Counted from the stretch's first letter, positions 1 to 9,214 are shown. The stretch is DNA of 35,280 nt from Gemmataceae bacterium (GCA_035307785.1 DATGHS010000223.1:1-35280); one strand, 5' to 3'. Notes: generated by a model from the sequence alone, not told the origin. Numbers and translations are program-made.

Positions 1-1410
1 GTCCCGATGCGCACGCTCACCGGCCACACCAATGCCGTGCTGTCGCTCGCCTTTTCGAGCGACGGGCAAACGCTGGCATCCGGAAGTGAAGACCGCACCA
101 TTCGACTGTGGGATTTGAAGGATTTGGCGAAGCGCAAGCCGCCCGTGCCATCGGAGACGCTGACCGGGCACACTGATGCCGTGGTAGCGCTGGCCTTCGC
201 GCCCGACGGCAAGACGCTGGCCAGCGGCAGCAGCTTCAACGATCAATCGTTGCGCCTGTGGGACGTGGCCCGGCGGCAGGAGCGGGCCCGGCTCAAAGGA
301 CACACCCGGGCCGTGTTTGCAGTCGCTTTTTCGCCCGATGGGCAAACGTTAGCGACCGGCAGCGTCGATCAAACGATTCGATTATGGGACCCCACGACCG
401 GCCGCGAGCGCACCGTTCTGCACGGCCATACCGCCCAGATTCTCACGCTGGCCTTTTCGCCGGACAATCGCCTGCTCGCCAGTGGCGGCTCCGATCGCGT
501 GGTGCGCCTATGGGACCTCGACGAACACCGGGAAGAAACGGAACAAGTGGGAGCGAAAGGCAAACTCGGGCCGATGCGCTTTGCCCCTGATGCCTCTTCA
601 CTCTGCTATGCCTACGATTCGCACCTGGAAGCCTTACAAATCGGCTCGAATACGAGTATCGAAATGCCGGGGCATTCCGGCGCCATTCGTCTGCTGGCCG
701 CTGGCGGCAATGATTACCTGGCATCCTACGGGGTCGATCAGACCGTGCGCATTTGGCAGCGTGGAAAACTCGTGCGCACCATGACCGGTTATCCGGCGGT
801 ACGCTCCCTGGCGATCTCGGCTAATGGTGCGCTGCTGGCCATTGCCGATGATCGCGGCATTCAGCTTTGGGACATTCGCGGCGGCGCCAGAGTAACGACG
901 CTTACGCAAGGCGTGGGCAGCGCCATGGTCCTCGCATTTTCTGCCGACGGACATTTTCTGGCGAGCGGCGGCCGAGATCGCCTCATCCGCGTGTGGGACA
1001 CGGTGAACCAGACCTTGTTCCGCACGTTGGCCGGCCATTCATTGGAAATCCGCGCGCTGGCCTTTTCGCCAAAGGGGCTTGGGCTGGCTAGTGGCAGTGC
1101 CCGCGGCCGAATCTTTCTTTGGGACTTGGCGGATAATCCTCTGGCCGACAATTCCGTTAAGCCGCTCGAATTATCGGGCCATGCGGACGCCATCTCGGCC
1201 CTGGCATTCACTCCCGACGGCAAGACATTGGCGAGCGGCGGCCGCGACCGGACGATCAAACTCTGGGACGCGCATACCGGGCAGGAGCGAGCGACGCTTA
1301 CGGGCCATACCGAACATCTGGAAGACCTTGCCTTTGGCGCTGACAGCACCCTCTTGGCGTCGGTGACTTCGGACGGTACGATCAAGCTCTGGCGGGCGGA
1401 CAGGCACTAA
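1..1410 (+). CDS. WD40-repeat protein, 5'-truncated by window edge (reading frame open from base 1; ORF track starts at M at 7)
   Basis: Repeated GH-x-AV-x-LAFSPDG-x-LASGS-D-x-TIRLWD units (at least 9 WD40 blades). Stop at 1408-1410. Confidence 0.8.
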   Translation, partial: VPMRTLTGHTNAVLSLAFSSDGQTLASGSEDRTIRLWDLKDLAKRKPPVPSETLTGHTDAVVALAFAPDGKTLASGSSFNDQSLRLWDVARRQERARLKGHTRAVFAVAFSPDGQTLATGSVDQTIRLWDPTTGRERTVLHGHTAQILTLAFSPDNRLLASGGSDRVVRLWDLDEHREETEQVGAKGKLGPMRFAPDASSLCYAYDSHLEALQIGSNTSIEMPGHSGAIRLLAAGGNDYLASYGVDQTVRIWQRGKLVRTMTGYPAVRSLAISANGALLAIADDRGIQLWDIRGGARVTTLTQGVGSAMVLAFSADGHFLASGGRDRLIRVWDTVNQTLFRTLAGHSLEIRALAFSPKGLGLASGSARGRIFLWDLADNPLADNSVKPLELSGHADAISALAFTPDGKTLASGGRDRTIKLWDAHTGQERATLTGHTEHLEDLAFGADSTLLASVTSDGTIKLWRADRH

Positions 1411-1493
1411 TAGCGGCAGAGCGTTGCATTTCTTGTCCCCGTTGCCGCGAGGTGGAAGGACAAGACCTGAGTTTCTTTCAACCGGAGGTTATC

Positions 1494-1925
1494 GTGAATC
1501 TTCGTCACGTTGGGTTCCTGATCGTGGCTTGCGCCACGTCTTTGGGCCTGGCCAATCACGTCCAGTCGGACGATATCGTGTCCATTGATCCCGGCTCCTA
1601 CGCTGCCATCGCCTACTCGCCGAAGACCACGAAGATTGGCGTGGGCTACAATTTTTCCAGTCGTGCCGCAGCCGAAAAGGAAGCGCTCAAAGAGTGCAGT
1701 GCGGACGACGCGCGAATCGTGACTTGGGTTAACGAGGGCTTCTGCGCCTTGGCCTTGGGCGACGACAAGAGTGTTTGGGGCGTTGGCTGGAGCTATGGCA
1801 ACGGCGCCAGCACCCGGGAGGCAAAAGCTTTTGCCCTGGAGGAATGCAACAAGCGCACGAAGAACGGAGAGATCTGGGCAGTGGTTTGCTCGTCCGATGC
1901 CGTGAAGCCATTCATCAAGAAGTGA
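1494..1925 (+). CDS. Secreted DUF4189-family protein (alternative ATG start at 1452)
   Basis: GTG at 1494 preceded by GGAGG (1482-1486). N-terminal signal peptide VNLRHVGFLIVACATSLGLA. Motifs AIAYSP...GVGYNFSSRAAAEKEAL..C....IV.W...FCALALG...WGVGW resemble DUF4189. Confidence 0.6.
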   Translation: MNLRHVGFLIVACATSLGLANHVQSDDIVSIDPGSYAAIAYSPKTTKIGVGYNFSSRAAAEKEALKECSADDARIVTWVNEGFCALALGDDKSVWGVGWSYGNGASTREAKAFALEECNKRTKNGEIWAVVCSSDAVKPFIKK

Positions 1926-2018
1926 ATAAACAGAGCCGCTTGCGGCTTCGCACTCCGTGAGAAACAACGGAGTCATGGGCATTGCTTAGCGGGCGCGATG
2001 CGACAGGCGGCCTTCCTC

Positions 2019-3029
2019 CTATTTCTTCACCCCCAGCATTCGATCCAGCGAATCCGAAGTTTGGTATATCAGCGCTTCTGGGAAGTGCGGATACGGGTGG
2101 AAATACTCGAAGGTGAGATACCCGCGATACCCCGTCTGATCGAATGCTTCGAGAACCGCCGGCCAATTCGTCGTTCCGTCCAAGAGCGGACGGAATGACT
2201 CCAGCGAATAGTCGGTGCCCTTCTTGGTGAATTCCTTCAGGTGCACATTTTTGATGCGCTTGCCCATTTGCATGATCCAGTGCTCGGGAAACTGGAACAT
2301 CATGATGTTGCCGGTGTCGAAATGCACGCGCACCCATTCGCTCTGGAAACTATCGACGAACGCGTTCATCTCCATCGGCGTCATCAGGTAGCCGTTGAAG
2401 AAGATGTTCTCGATGTTCAGGCTGACTTTTAGTTTTTCGGCTAGGGGCAGCAGTTTGCCAATGGCCTCCTTGGCCCGGCGGTCGCAAACATCGTTTGGCA
2501 CCGGCTCGTGATCGGTCCGCCAGGGAATATGCACGGCCCCGGGGACAACGAGCAGATTCTCAACGCCCAGTTCATGCGCGGCTTCAGTCATCTTGGTGGC
2601 CAGCTCCAGCGAACGCTTGCGCTTGGACGCATCGTTGCTGCTCATTGGGTAGGGCCAGAAGAGGAATGAACAAAGCCCGCTGATGGCGATGCCGATTTTT
2701 TCGGCCAGCAGACGGATCGCTTGCAATTCCTTAGGTCCGGCCTTGGGCGAGAGGTCGTTGTCCAGGTCGTAATTCAATTCGATGGCGTCGAACCCGGCAT
2801 CCTTCGCCAACCGCAGGCATTGTTCCAGGTTCATCTGCTGCGGATAGGGAAACGCCCACTGGTTGATCGACTTCTTGAAGTCGTACTTCTTAACCGGTAG
2901 CCGTTTCGGCTGCGGCTGCTCGTCGGCATGAATGTTCTGGGCAAACGGCCCGGCGAACAGGGCCGAACCAGCGGCAGCGGCGTAACCAAGCAATTCGCGG
3001 CGATGCAAGGGAGAAGTGGGGTCGAACAT
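2019..3029 (-). CDS. Sugar phosphate isomerase/epimerase (xylose-isomerase-like TIM barrel), Tat-type signal
   Basis: ORF 2019-3083. Likely start at M (3029) giving MFDPTSPLHRRELLGYAAAAGSALFAG, a twin-arginine-like signal. TIM-barrel hydrolase/isomerase-like composition (FDAIEL, ENLLVVPG, HFDTGN). Confidence 0.65.
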   Translation of the reverse strand: MFDPTSPLHRRELLGYAAAAGSALFAGPFAQNIHADEQPQPKRLPVKKYDFKKSINQWAFPYPQQMNLEQCLRLAKDAGFDAIELNYDLDNDLSPKAGPKELQAIRLLAEKIGIAISGLCSFLFWPYPMSSNDASKRKRSLELATKMTEAAHELGVENLLVVPGAVHIPWRTDHEPVPNDVCDRRAKEAIGKLLPLAEKLKVSLNIENIFFNGYLMTPMEMNAFVDSFQSEWVRVHFDTGNIMMFQFPEHWIMQMGKRIKNVHLKEFTKKGTDYSLESFRPLLDGTTNWPAVLEAFDQTGYRGYLTFEYFHPYPHFPEALIYQTSDSLDRMLGVKK

Positions 3030-3164
3030 GGTGAGGACTCCTGCTTGAGATTGTAAGAAAAGTGCTGCGGAGCATTCTCGCATTGCCGGCTTGGGGATTC
3101 AAGAGAACTGACGATACCTGATACAATTTCAAAGATCGGCTGTTGAACTGATGCGAGACTACCT

Positions 3165-3371
3165 ATGCCGCTGCAAATTGAAATTGAACAAGAAGAAGAC
3201 GGGCGCTGGCTAGCGGAAGTGCCTGAACTTCCGGGCGTATTGAGCTACGGTAAGACGCGCCAGGAAGCAATTGACCGCGCGCAAGCGCTGTCGCTTCGTG
3301 TTATCGCTGACCGGTTAGAACATGGCGAGCCGGTGCCGGAAATGAGCCAAGTGTTCGCGGTGGTGTCATGA
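3165..3371 (+). CDS. hicB: HicB-like antitoxin (UPF0150 / HicB_lk_antitox-like)
   Basis: 68 aa. EDGRWLAEVPELPGVLSYGKTRQEAIDRA matches the HicB N-terminal fold motif. 4-nt overlap (ATGA) with downstream hicA. Confidence 0.7.
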   Translation: MPLQIEIEQEEDGRWLAEVPELPGVLSYGKTRQEAIDRAQALSLRVIADRLEHGEPVPEMSQVFAVVS

Positions 3372-3583
3372 GCCAGTGGCCGTCGACCAAAGCGCGCCGG
3401 GTGCTGGCGGCTTTGCTCCGAATTGGCTGGCGGGTCAAGCGACAATCGGGCACATCACATAAGGTTTTGGAACGCAACGGTTGGCCAGATTATGTGTTCG
3501 CTTTTCATGATGACGAGGAGATCGGGCCGCGAATGCTTGCCCGCATTGCTAAGCGCACTGGTTTAGCGCCGGGGGATTTGTAA
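3368..3583 (+). CDS. hicA: HicA family toxin (YcfA-like mRNA interferase)
   Basis: 71 aa. KARRVLAALLRIGWRVKRQSGSH.VL...GW.D.VFAFHDDEEIGPRMLARIAKRTGL matches HicA pattern (K..ev...L...GW...RqkGSH..f.......vPvH...dl..g.l..Ilkq.GL). Confidence 0.75.
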   Translation: MSQWPSTKARRVLAALLRIGWRVKRQSGTSHKVLERNGWPDYVFAFHDDEEIGPRMLARIAKRTGLAPGDL

Positions 3584-3587
3584 CCGA

Positions 3588-4025
3588 TTAAATCCCAAGA
3601 ACTGAAATGCATTCGTGCTTCTGCAGTTGCTCAGTTAACCAAGCCGCTAGCTCCCGAATCATGTTGGTCAGATCTTTAGCATTAACAGCCAAATTCGCTG
3701 CAAAATCCGCTTCAGTATTCTGGTAGAAAAACCCGATCGATTCCGGAATCTCGCTTATAGATCGCACCGATGTTAGGTTTTGCGCAAGTTCGTCCAGATC
3801 GGAAATGACTTTTCGACAAGTAGTTTTGGAAACCGTTACAAAACCATAGTGGGCGAACCCAGGTACTTGACGTTCAAATACTGGTTCTATTAAACCAAAG
3901 ACCTCCTCATCCAAAAACACCGACTCGTCCTTCCAGCAGCTACCCTGGTATTCCCCGGGCATGAATTCGAAGTAACAGGTACCCACGAGTTCATTTTTGT
4001 TTCGAATGAGCCGAATCCGTCGCAT
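3588..4025 (-). CDS. Hypothetical protein, low-GC gene downstream of a HicB-like antitoxin (ORF extends to 4100; M at 4025 is the more likely start)
   Basis: ORF 3588-4100 (170 aa). No family recognised. Local GC markedly lower (~45%) than the surrounding ~60%. Co-directional and 20-95 nt downstream of HicB-like gene 4121-4342. Confidence 0.45.
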   Translation of the reverse strand: MRRIRLIRNKNELVGTCYFEFMPGEYQGSCWKDESVFLDEEVFGLIEPVFERQVPGFAHYGFVTVSKTTCRKVISDLDELAQNLTSVRSISEIPESIGFFYQNTEADFAANLAVNAKDLTNMIRELAAWLTEQLQKHECISVLGI

Positions 4026-4120
4026 GTCGTCACGTTTGCCACAACAGCGTTGGCACGTCCTCCCGCAGAACCTCGCGCTCCGAGATGGAACACACCTCAT
4101 AGCCGGACAAAACTCGGAGT

Positions 4121-4342
4121 TTACCCAACGGCCACCTCGATCTGCGTTACGAAAACGTCGCCGCCAAGTCGTTGCTGAACTTCAGCAGGCGATGCCCACT
4201 CGAAAAACAACTCAACAGCTTCGCGCAGATTATCGCGCGCTAATTCGATTGAATCCCCTTGGCTGGCAATGTCCAGCTCGGGACAAAGAGCAACGAAGCC
4301 GTCGTCTTCTTTTTGAATGATTGCCGTTAGTTGATTGCTCAT
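4121..4342 (-). CDS. HicB-like antitoxin domain protein (short HicB_lk_antitox form)
   Basis: 73 aa. IIQKEDDGFVALCPELDIASQGDSIELARDNLREAVELFFE matches the short HicB-like antitoxin consensus (..IEK.EDGGY.A.vPELPGC.SQGeT.EEA..N.kEAIELYLE). Confidence 0.65.
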   Translation of the reverse strand: MSNQLTAIIQKEDDGFVALCPELDIASQGDSIELARDNLREAVELFFEWASPAEVQQRLGGDVFVTQIEVAVG

Positions 4343-4414
4343 GATTGCACCCTATTCGCTCAATAACCATTTCGATGTAACTTAACTAGTGCGAACCCGC
4401 AAGCGGCAATTCGG

Positions 4415-5443
4415 TCACGTCTCCCCCAGCAACGTCGGCACCTTCTCGCGCAACAGGTCGATTTCCTGGTGCGTCTCACCGAGGTACGCCAGCAGCTTCA
4501 GGTCGTCACGGCGGACGGTGCCTCCGGAAAGCAACCACGAGCGCACGCGGAAGAGCTTGTACAGCTTCACGAGCTTGCGGTCGCTGATGAAGATGCGGTC
4601 TTCGCGCACCAGGGTTTTCACGATGCGCTGGAATTCGCGGAACACGTCCGGCGGGAAAAACAAATTGCGGTCGTTCTGCTCCTCGCTGTGCCGGCCATCT
4701 TCGATCTTGCGCGCGAACATGTAGGTGAGGTAGCGATTGGCTTTCAGCAAGTCTTCCAGCGTGCAATGCCCTTCCGCCCAGGGCCGCTGATTCAGGCCCC
4801 GCCATGATTCGGATTGGAGCCCATTGTCAATTAGCTCGGTAAAGAACTCGTCCTGCACGCTGCGGCTTTCGATCTTGAGCACGAAGCGGTCTTTCAGCGC
4901 CGCCAGTTCGCCTTGCTCCGGCACCTCATTCGTGGCCGCGAACAGGATGCGCAACTTTACCGGCACCGGGATGCCGTCCTGGTAGAACTTCTTTTCGTTA
5001 ATGATCGTGAGCAGGATGTTGAGGATCGCGGAGTTCGATTTGAAAATTTCATCGAGGAAGGCCAGCCGGGCCGTCGGCAGCTTGCCCTGCTCGCGCCGGA
5101 TGTAGCGGCCGTTGCGCAGTTCATTGATGTCGATGGGGCCAATTATTTCCGATGGCTCAGTGAAGCGCGTGAGCATGTACTCAAAGTAATCTTCGCTGCC
5201 CAGGCCTAGCGCGTCTTTGAACTTCAGCACCATGTCCGACTTGGCGGTGCCCGGCGGTCCGACCAACAGCAATGGCTCTTGAGCGATGGCGGCAACCACC
5301 ATCAGGTCGATGATGTCTTGCTTGTCCACGAAAAAGCGGTTGAGCGAAATGCGAAAACGGTTGATTTTCCCGCGCAATTGCTCCGCCTCTTGCTGCAACT
5401 CGGCAAACGTGGCTTCTTCGGCTTTCTCCATCAAGTCCGGCAT
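4415..5443 (-). CDS. AAA+ ATPase, MoxR/RavA-like (AAA_5-type)
   Basis: Walker A LLLVGPPGTAKS. Walker B LAFLDEIFK. Sensor region FAATNE. No adjacent VWA-domain partner seen. Confidence 0.8.
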   Translation of the reverse strand: MPDLMEKAEEATFAELQQEAEQLRGKINRFRISLNRFFVDKQDIIDLMVVAAIAQEPLLLVGPPGTAKSDMVLKFKDALGLGSEDYFEYMLTRFTEPSEIIGPIDINELRNGRYIRREQGKLPTARLAFLDEIFKSNSAILNILLTIINEKKFYQDGIPVPVKLRILFAATNEVPEQGELAALKDRFVLKIESRSVQDEFFTELIDNGLQSESWRGLNQRPWAEGHCTLEDLLKANRYLTYMFARKIEDGRHSEEQNDRNLFFPPDVFREFQRIVKTLVREDRIFISDRKLVKLYKLFRVRSWLLSGGTVRRDDLKLLAYLGETHQEIDLLREKVPTLLGET

Positions 5444-5572
5444 GAGAACACTTCCCCTCTAATCTTTTGCTTCGCCGCCAGCGGCAAATTCCATTATACG
5501 GCAACCCGTGCCGGACTGCCCAAATTGCCATTCCGCGCTCTTGAGTGCTTGCGTATACTTTTTCGACCGTAG

Positions 5573-5592
5573 GTCAGGCTTTCCAGCCTGAC
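5573..5592. other. 8-bp perfect stem / 4-nt loop hairpin (GTCAGGCT ttcc AGCCTGAC) in divergent intergenic region
   Basis: Read directly. Lies between divergent genes 4415-5443(-) and 5667-6404(+). No T-run, so not a terminator. Possible operator or RNA element. Confidence 0.3.
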
Positions 5593-5666
5593 GCGTCATT
5601 CGGATGGAGTGAATTTGGTCGTCGCCGCTCACCCTGGAAAGGTTGACCTAGAAGGCAAGGTGGACC

Positions 5667-6404
5667 ATGCGTGCTATTCCAATGGCGATCGCCGTTCTCT
5701 TGTTTGCCCCGGTTGCCCCTCTGATGGCAGCCGATCCTGTCCGCCCTGCTACCCCATCCTCCGCGGAACTGGCGGGCATTTTCCGCGCGCTACTGCTCAA
5801 TCACTTGCCCGACCCGCTTGTCGAAGGGCAAATCAATTGGGGACGCCAGATTCCAGCCCGCTTCGGCCCGCTGATGAAGAACAACGGTATTTGGCGGAGG
5901 TATCGTATCGTGGCGATGAGCCCAGCCCAGACACTGACCGTGGATATCAAGAACCTGAAACCGGTCGATGCCGAGCGTACGACGTTTGAGATGCTCGTCG
6001 GCTTCGATGCTCAGATCGAATTTCAACAGCAGCTTTGGGAACGCAACTTGCGGCTGTATAGCGGCTCCACGCTGGCCCGGGCCAGGGTGGTGGCGGTGCT
6101 GCAATGTGAAGTGACCACGCGGGTGGACTCGGGCAAGGGCCCCCTGCCCGACTTTGTCTTTCGCCTGCGCGTGGTCAAAGCGAATTTGAATTACAAGGAC
6201 CTGGATGTTGTTCACATCGCCGGCATCGGCGGCGATGGGGCCAAGATTTTGGGTGAAGCGCTGCACGGGCTCATGTTGGAACTGAAGCCATCATTGGAAA
6301 AAGACCTCTTGGAGCGCGCGAACACCGCCATCGTGAAGGCCGGCGACACGAAAGAAGTGCGTGTGAGTTTGAACAAGCTGCTCAAGCTGGGAGAAGCTAA
6401 GTAA
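5667..6404 (+). CDS. Secreted hypothetical protein
   Basis: Signal peptide MRAIPMAIAVLLFAPVAPLMAADP. AAGGTGG RBS-like immediately upstream. Protein-like composition versus junk composition of antisense ORF 5790-6266. Confidence 0.6.
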   Translation: MRAIPMAIAVLLFAPVAPLMAADPVRPATPSSAELAGIFRALLLNHLPDPLVEGQINWGRQIPARFGPLMKNNGIWRRYRIVAMSPAQTLTVDIKNLKPVDAERTTFEMLVGFDAQIEFQQQLWERNLRLYSGSTLARARVVAVLQCEVTTRVDSGKGPLPDFVFRLRVVKANLNYKDLDVVHIAGIGGDGAKILGEALHGLMLELKPSLEKDLLERANTAIVKAGDTKEVRVSLNKLLKLGEAK

Positions 6405-6510
6405 AGGAGTGCAAAATGCTTCGGCTTGTTTTTTTCGCCACGTCTGCCTACCCTGTGAGCCGCATGATTGCGGCGGCTTTTCGCCTTTGCACTCGAGCAG
6501 GGATGCTCCC

Positions 6511-8040
6511 ATGTCTCGCCATTTTCTTATCAGTAATTTGGTTCTGGCCTTCATGGTGGCTGGAAATTCTCTTCGGGCCGAGCAACCGGACGCGAACGTT
6601 TCACCGGTTTCTAAAGAGCTGGCAGTTCAACTGGCTCTTCGGCAAGCACAGGATCATTTGAAGCGCGGCGAGCCACGCCAAGCCATTGAGATTCTGGAAG
6701 GGCGGCTGGCGTGGATCAATGGCAACCGCGATTACCTGGCCGCGCTGCGCGAAGCCTACGCATCGTATTTGAAAGAACTCCAACTCCGCAAGCAGGATGC
6801 CGAGATACCGGCTGTGCTGGCAAAGCTGCGGTTGTACGACCCGAATGCCCAGCTGCCCGGCTTTCCGGCCGAGTCGAAGTTGGCGGCTGCGATCGCGGTT
6901 CCGCCACAGCCGATGGTTAAAGCCCAGGTCGATGAATTCGATCCCTTCCAACAGACGCCGGTGGCGCAGGGCCCCACTGCCGCCGATCTCTTGCGGCGTG
7001 CCGAATTGGCGTTTAGCCAGGATCGCTTTTCGGAAGCGGAAGAACTATTCGCGAAGGCTCGAACCCAGGATCCAACTGGTTCCATTCAAAGCAACGCCCA
7101 CTGGGCATATTGCCGGCTATTCCGCGTGGCCGACCAGTTAAACCGGAATGCGAACATTAATGACAACCAACTTGCGGCTTTTGAAAAAGAAACGGCCGAA
7201 GCGCTGGCCATGGCGCGCGACAATGCTCAGCTTTCGCAATTCGGCCAGAAGGTGCTCGAACAGGTGCACTTCCGACGCACCGGCAAAAGCGCGGTGACTC
7301 CGGTAAGCGCTCAAGTCCCTGCGTCGAGCGGTGATTGGAGCAGTAATGAATCGGCCAATTTTCGCCTGTTCCACCGGCAGCCGTCAGACTTCGCCAATCG
7401 GTTGTTGCAACTTGCGGAGGAGAATCGGAGCCGGCTCTACACGAAGTGGTATGGCTCAAACCCGTCCGCCTGGTCGCCGCGCTGCGACATTTACCTGCAC
7501 GGCAATGGCGCCGAGTATGCCAAGGCAACCGGGAAGCTGCCACAGGCGCCGGGCCACTCCACGTTGGAAGTACAGGGCGGGAAGGTGGTTCACCGGCGGA
7601 TCGATCTCGTTGCCAATCATCCGAACCTGCTGGGCGGGAACTTGCCGCATGAAATCATGCACGTCATCCTAGCCGACATCTTTCCGCAGCCACTGCTGCC
7701 GCGCTGGGCCGATGAGGCTCTGGCCGTCCTGGCCGAGCCGCGCGAGAACGTGCTGCGCTATCTGCGGTTGGTGCCGAAACTCCGCCAGGAGGGCAAGTTT
7801 TACCCTATGGGCCAGTTGATCTCGATGGCTGAGTTCCCCGAGCCGTCCTACATTACGGCCTTCTACGTGGAAAGCGTCTCACTGGTGGATATGCTGGTTA
7901 CCGAGAAGGGCGAGAAAGAATTCCTCATCTTCCTCCGCGACGCTCAGCGCTATGGTTATGAGAAAGCACTCGAGCGGAACTACAGCCTGCGCAACTACAA
8001 CGATCTTCAACGGCACTGGGCTGCCAAGCAGGGCGGCTGA
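6511..8040 (+). CDS. Secreted putative zinc metallopeptidase-like protein (HExxH; DUF1570/peptidase-MA-like) with N-terminal TPR-like region
   Basis: ORF from 6409 but signal peptide MSRHFLISNLVLAFMVAGNSLRAEQ begins at 6511. HEIMHVILADIF...PRWADEALAVLAE corresponds to HExxH plus a downstream Glu, as in MA-clan peptidases. Confidence 0.65.
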   Translation: MSRHFLISNLVLAFMVAGNSLRAEQPDANVSPVSKELAVQLALRQAQDHLKRGEPRQAIEILEGRLAWINGNRDYLAALREAYASYLKELQLRKQDAEIPAVLAKLRLYDPNAQLPGFPAESKLAAAIAVPPQPMVKAQVDEFDPFQQTPVAQGPTAADLLRRAELAFSQDRFSEAEELFAKARTQDPTGSIQSNAHWAYCRLFRVADQLNRNANINDNQLAAFEKETAEALAMARDNAQLSQFGQKVLEQVHFRRTGKSAVTPVSAQVPASSGDWSSNESANFRLFHRQPSDFANRLLQLAEENRSRLYTKWYGSNPSAWSPRCDIYLHGNGAEYAKATGKLPQAPGHSTLEVQGGKVVHRRIDLVANHPNLLGGNLPHEIMHVILADIFPQPLLPRWADEALAVLAEPRENVLRYLRLVPKLRQEGKFYPMGQLISMAEFPEPSYITAFYVESVSLVDMLVTEKGEKEFLIFLRDAQRYGYEKALERNYSLRNYNDLQRHWAAKQGG

Positions 8041-8045
8041 AAACG

Positions 8046-8120
8046 ATCGGAGCCGGGAGCGCCAGCGACCGGATGAGGGAACACGTCGCTCATCCGATCG
8101 CTGGCGCTCCCGGCTCCGAT
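8046..8120. repeat. 75-nt near-perfect palindrome (32-nt arms, 1 mismatch, 11-nt loop) directly after the stop of 6511-8040
   Basis: Left arm 8046-8077 (ATCGGAGCCGGGAGCGCCAGCGACCGGATGAG). Right arm 8089-8120 is its reverse complement apart from one position. Possible terminator or a REP/MITE-like element. Confidence 0.6.
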
Positions 8121-8329
8121 TGCGCTTCCGGCAACCGGACTCTGCATGCACTTCTTCCTCATTTTGCGGCCTTTGTGTTCTTTATCTCCTTTATGGAGAA
8201 GGCTTTCTGCGGTCTTTTCTCTGGTATTTTCGCTTCCCGGCGTGTATAGTTGCAGAAGGTTTTTCCGCAATTGCAGAGCGCGGCCAGGCTTCATTGGCCG
8301 CACGGCCTATCTTCTCGGTGAGAACTTCC

Positions 8330-9109
8330 ATGAGCATGTACTTTCGCCCGCGCACGCTCCTGCTGGCGGCTGCTGTTGGCTTGCTTTTCCCCGCTGCCAT
8401 GCAGGCGCAACAACTACGCTTCAACGAGCGCGAAGCGGCGCCCAGCCCGCATGTGCAGGACAAAGACGATATTTGGACGATAACCTTCCGCTTCAAAGAC
8501 CCGCGCATGCTGGTGGTCAACGTCCCCGGCCGCGGCCAGAAGGTGGTCTGGTACATGTGGTACCAGCTTATCAATAACGACAAGGTCCCCCACAGCGTGA
8601 TCCTGGATTTCGATCTCGTGACTCGTGACCTGGGAGAGCGGAATAGAAAACTTAGTTTCCACGATGAGATCCTGCCGGCAGTGCAGGAAGAGATTCGCAA
8701 GATCGAAGACCCGACTGATCGCTTCCATATTCAGAACACCGTCACCATTGGCCAGAAGCCGATCCCGATTAGCAAGCCCGATGCCGCCCCGCGCACGGTG
8801 ACCGGTGTGGCGATCTGGCCCGATGTGTTCGACAAAGCCCGCGACACCACGCACTTCGACATCTTTGTGAGCGGCCTGTCGAGCGGCTGGTCGATTGACG
8901 ACCAGGGGAAGATTCGCCGCAAGACCCTGCAACTGGAATTCAAGCGCCTGGGCGACGGTTCGCGTGTCGACAATAACGAAATCAAGTTTGTGGATTCGAA
9001 GTGGTTCTACCGCGAAACCACGGCCAATGTGGGTTTGCAACTGCCGCCGTCGGTGCAGCCTGAAGCCGCGCCTGCGGCGCCCCCCGCGGAACCGAAGAAG
9101 GATCAGTAG
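8330..9109 (+). CDS. Secreted hypothetical protein (ORF track starts at 7952, but the upstream part spans the palindrome and is non-coding)
   Basis: Signal peptide MSMYFRPRTLLLAAAVGLLFPAAMQAQQ at 8330. Upstream 8120-8329 is T-rich non-coding. Antisense ORF 8414-9040 has GC-junk composition. Confidence 0.55.
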   Translation: MSMYFRPRTLLLAAAVGLLFPAAMQAQQLRFNEREAAPSPHVQDKDDIWTITFRFKDPRMLVVNVPGRGQKVVWYMWYQLINNDKVPHSVILDFDLVTRDLGERNRKLSFHDEILPAVQEEIRKIEDPTDRFHIQNTVTIGQKPIPISKPDAAPRTVTGVAIWPDVFDKARDTTHFDIFVSGLSSGWSIDDQGKIRRKTLQLEFKRLGDGSRVDNNEIKFVDSKWFYRETTANVGLQLPPSVQPEAAPAAPPAEPKKDQ

Positions 9110-9134
9110 TGCCGGCCCCTTGCCGGGGTCATAG

Positions 9135-9193
9135 TATAATGGTTTGACGATTTAGCCGCGACGCGCAGCCACTCTGCTACACGTCGCGGCTAA
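9135..9193 (+). promoter_or_regulatory. TATAAT -10-like box (9135-9140) followed by perfect 12-bp inverted repeat (9152-9163 / 9182-9193, 18-nt loop) in the rpmA leader
   Basis: Read directly: TTAGCCGCGACG ...18 nt... CGTCGCGGCTAA. Ends 22 nt before rpmA ATG (9215). GGGGAA RBS-like at 9203-9208. Confidence 0.4.
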
Positions 9194-9214
9194 CGAATTT
9201 GATGGGGAATGATC

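Noticed and set aside
6409-6510. Upstream extension of the metallopeptidase ORF
   Set aside because: A Cys/His-rich unlikely N-terminus. The signal peptide begins at 6511.
7952-8329. N-terminal 126 codons of ORF 7952-9109
   Set aside because: This stretch spans the 75-nt palindrome and a T-rich spacer and mirrors the antisense ORF. A real signal peptide starts at 8330.
8414-9040. 208-aa minus ORF
   Set aside because: Antisense to 8330-9109, with G/A/R/H/V junk composition, whereas the plus frame has a signal peptide and balanced composition.
9144-9149. TTGACG hexamer as a -35 for rpmA
   Set aside because: It lies downstream of the TATAAT box, not upstream, and no acceptable -10 follows at 16-18 nt spacing.
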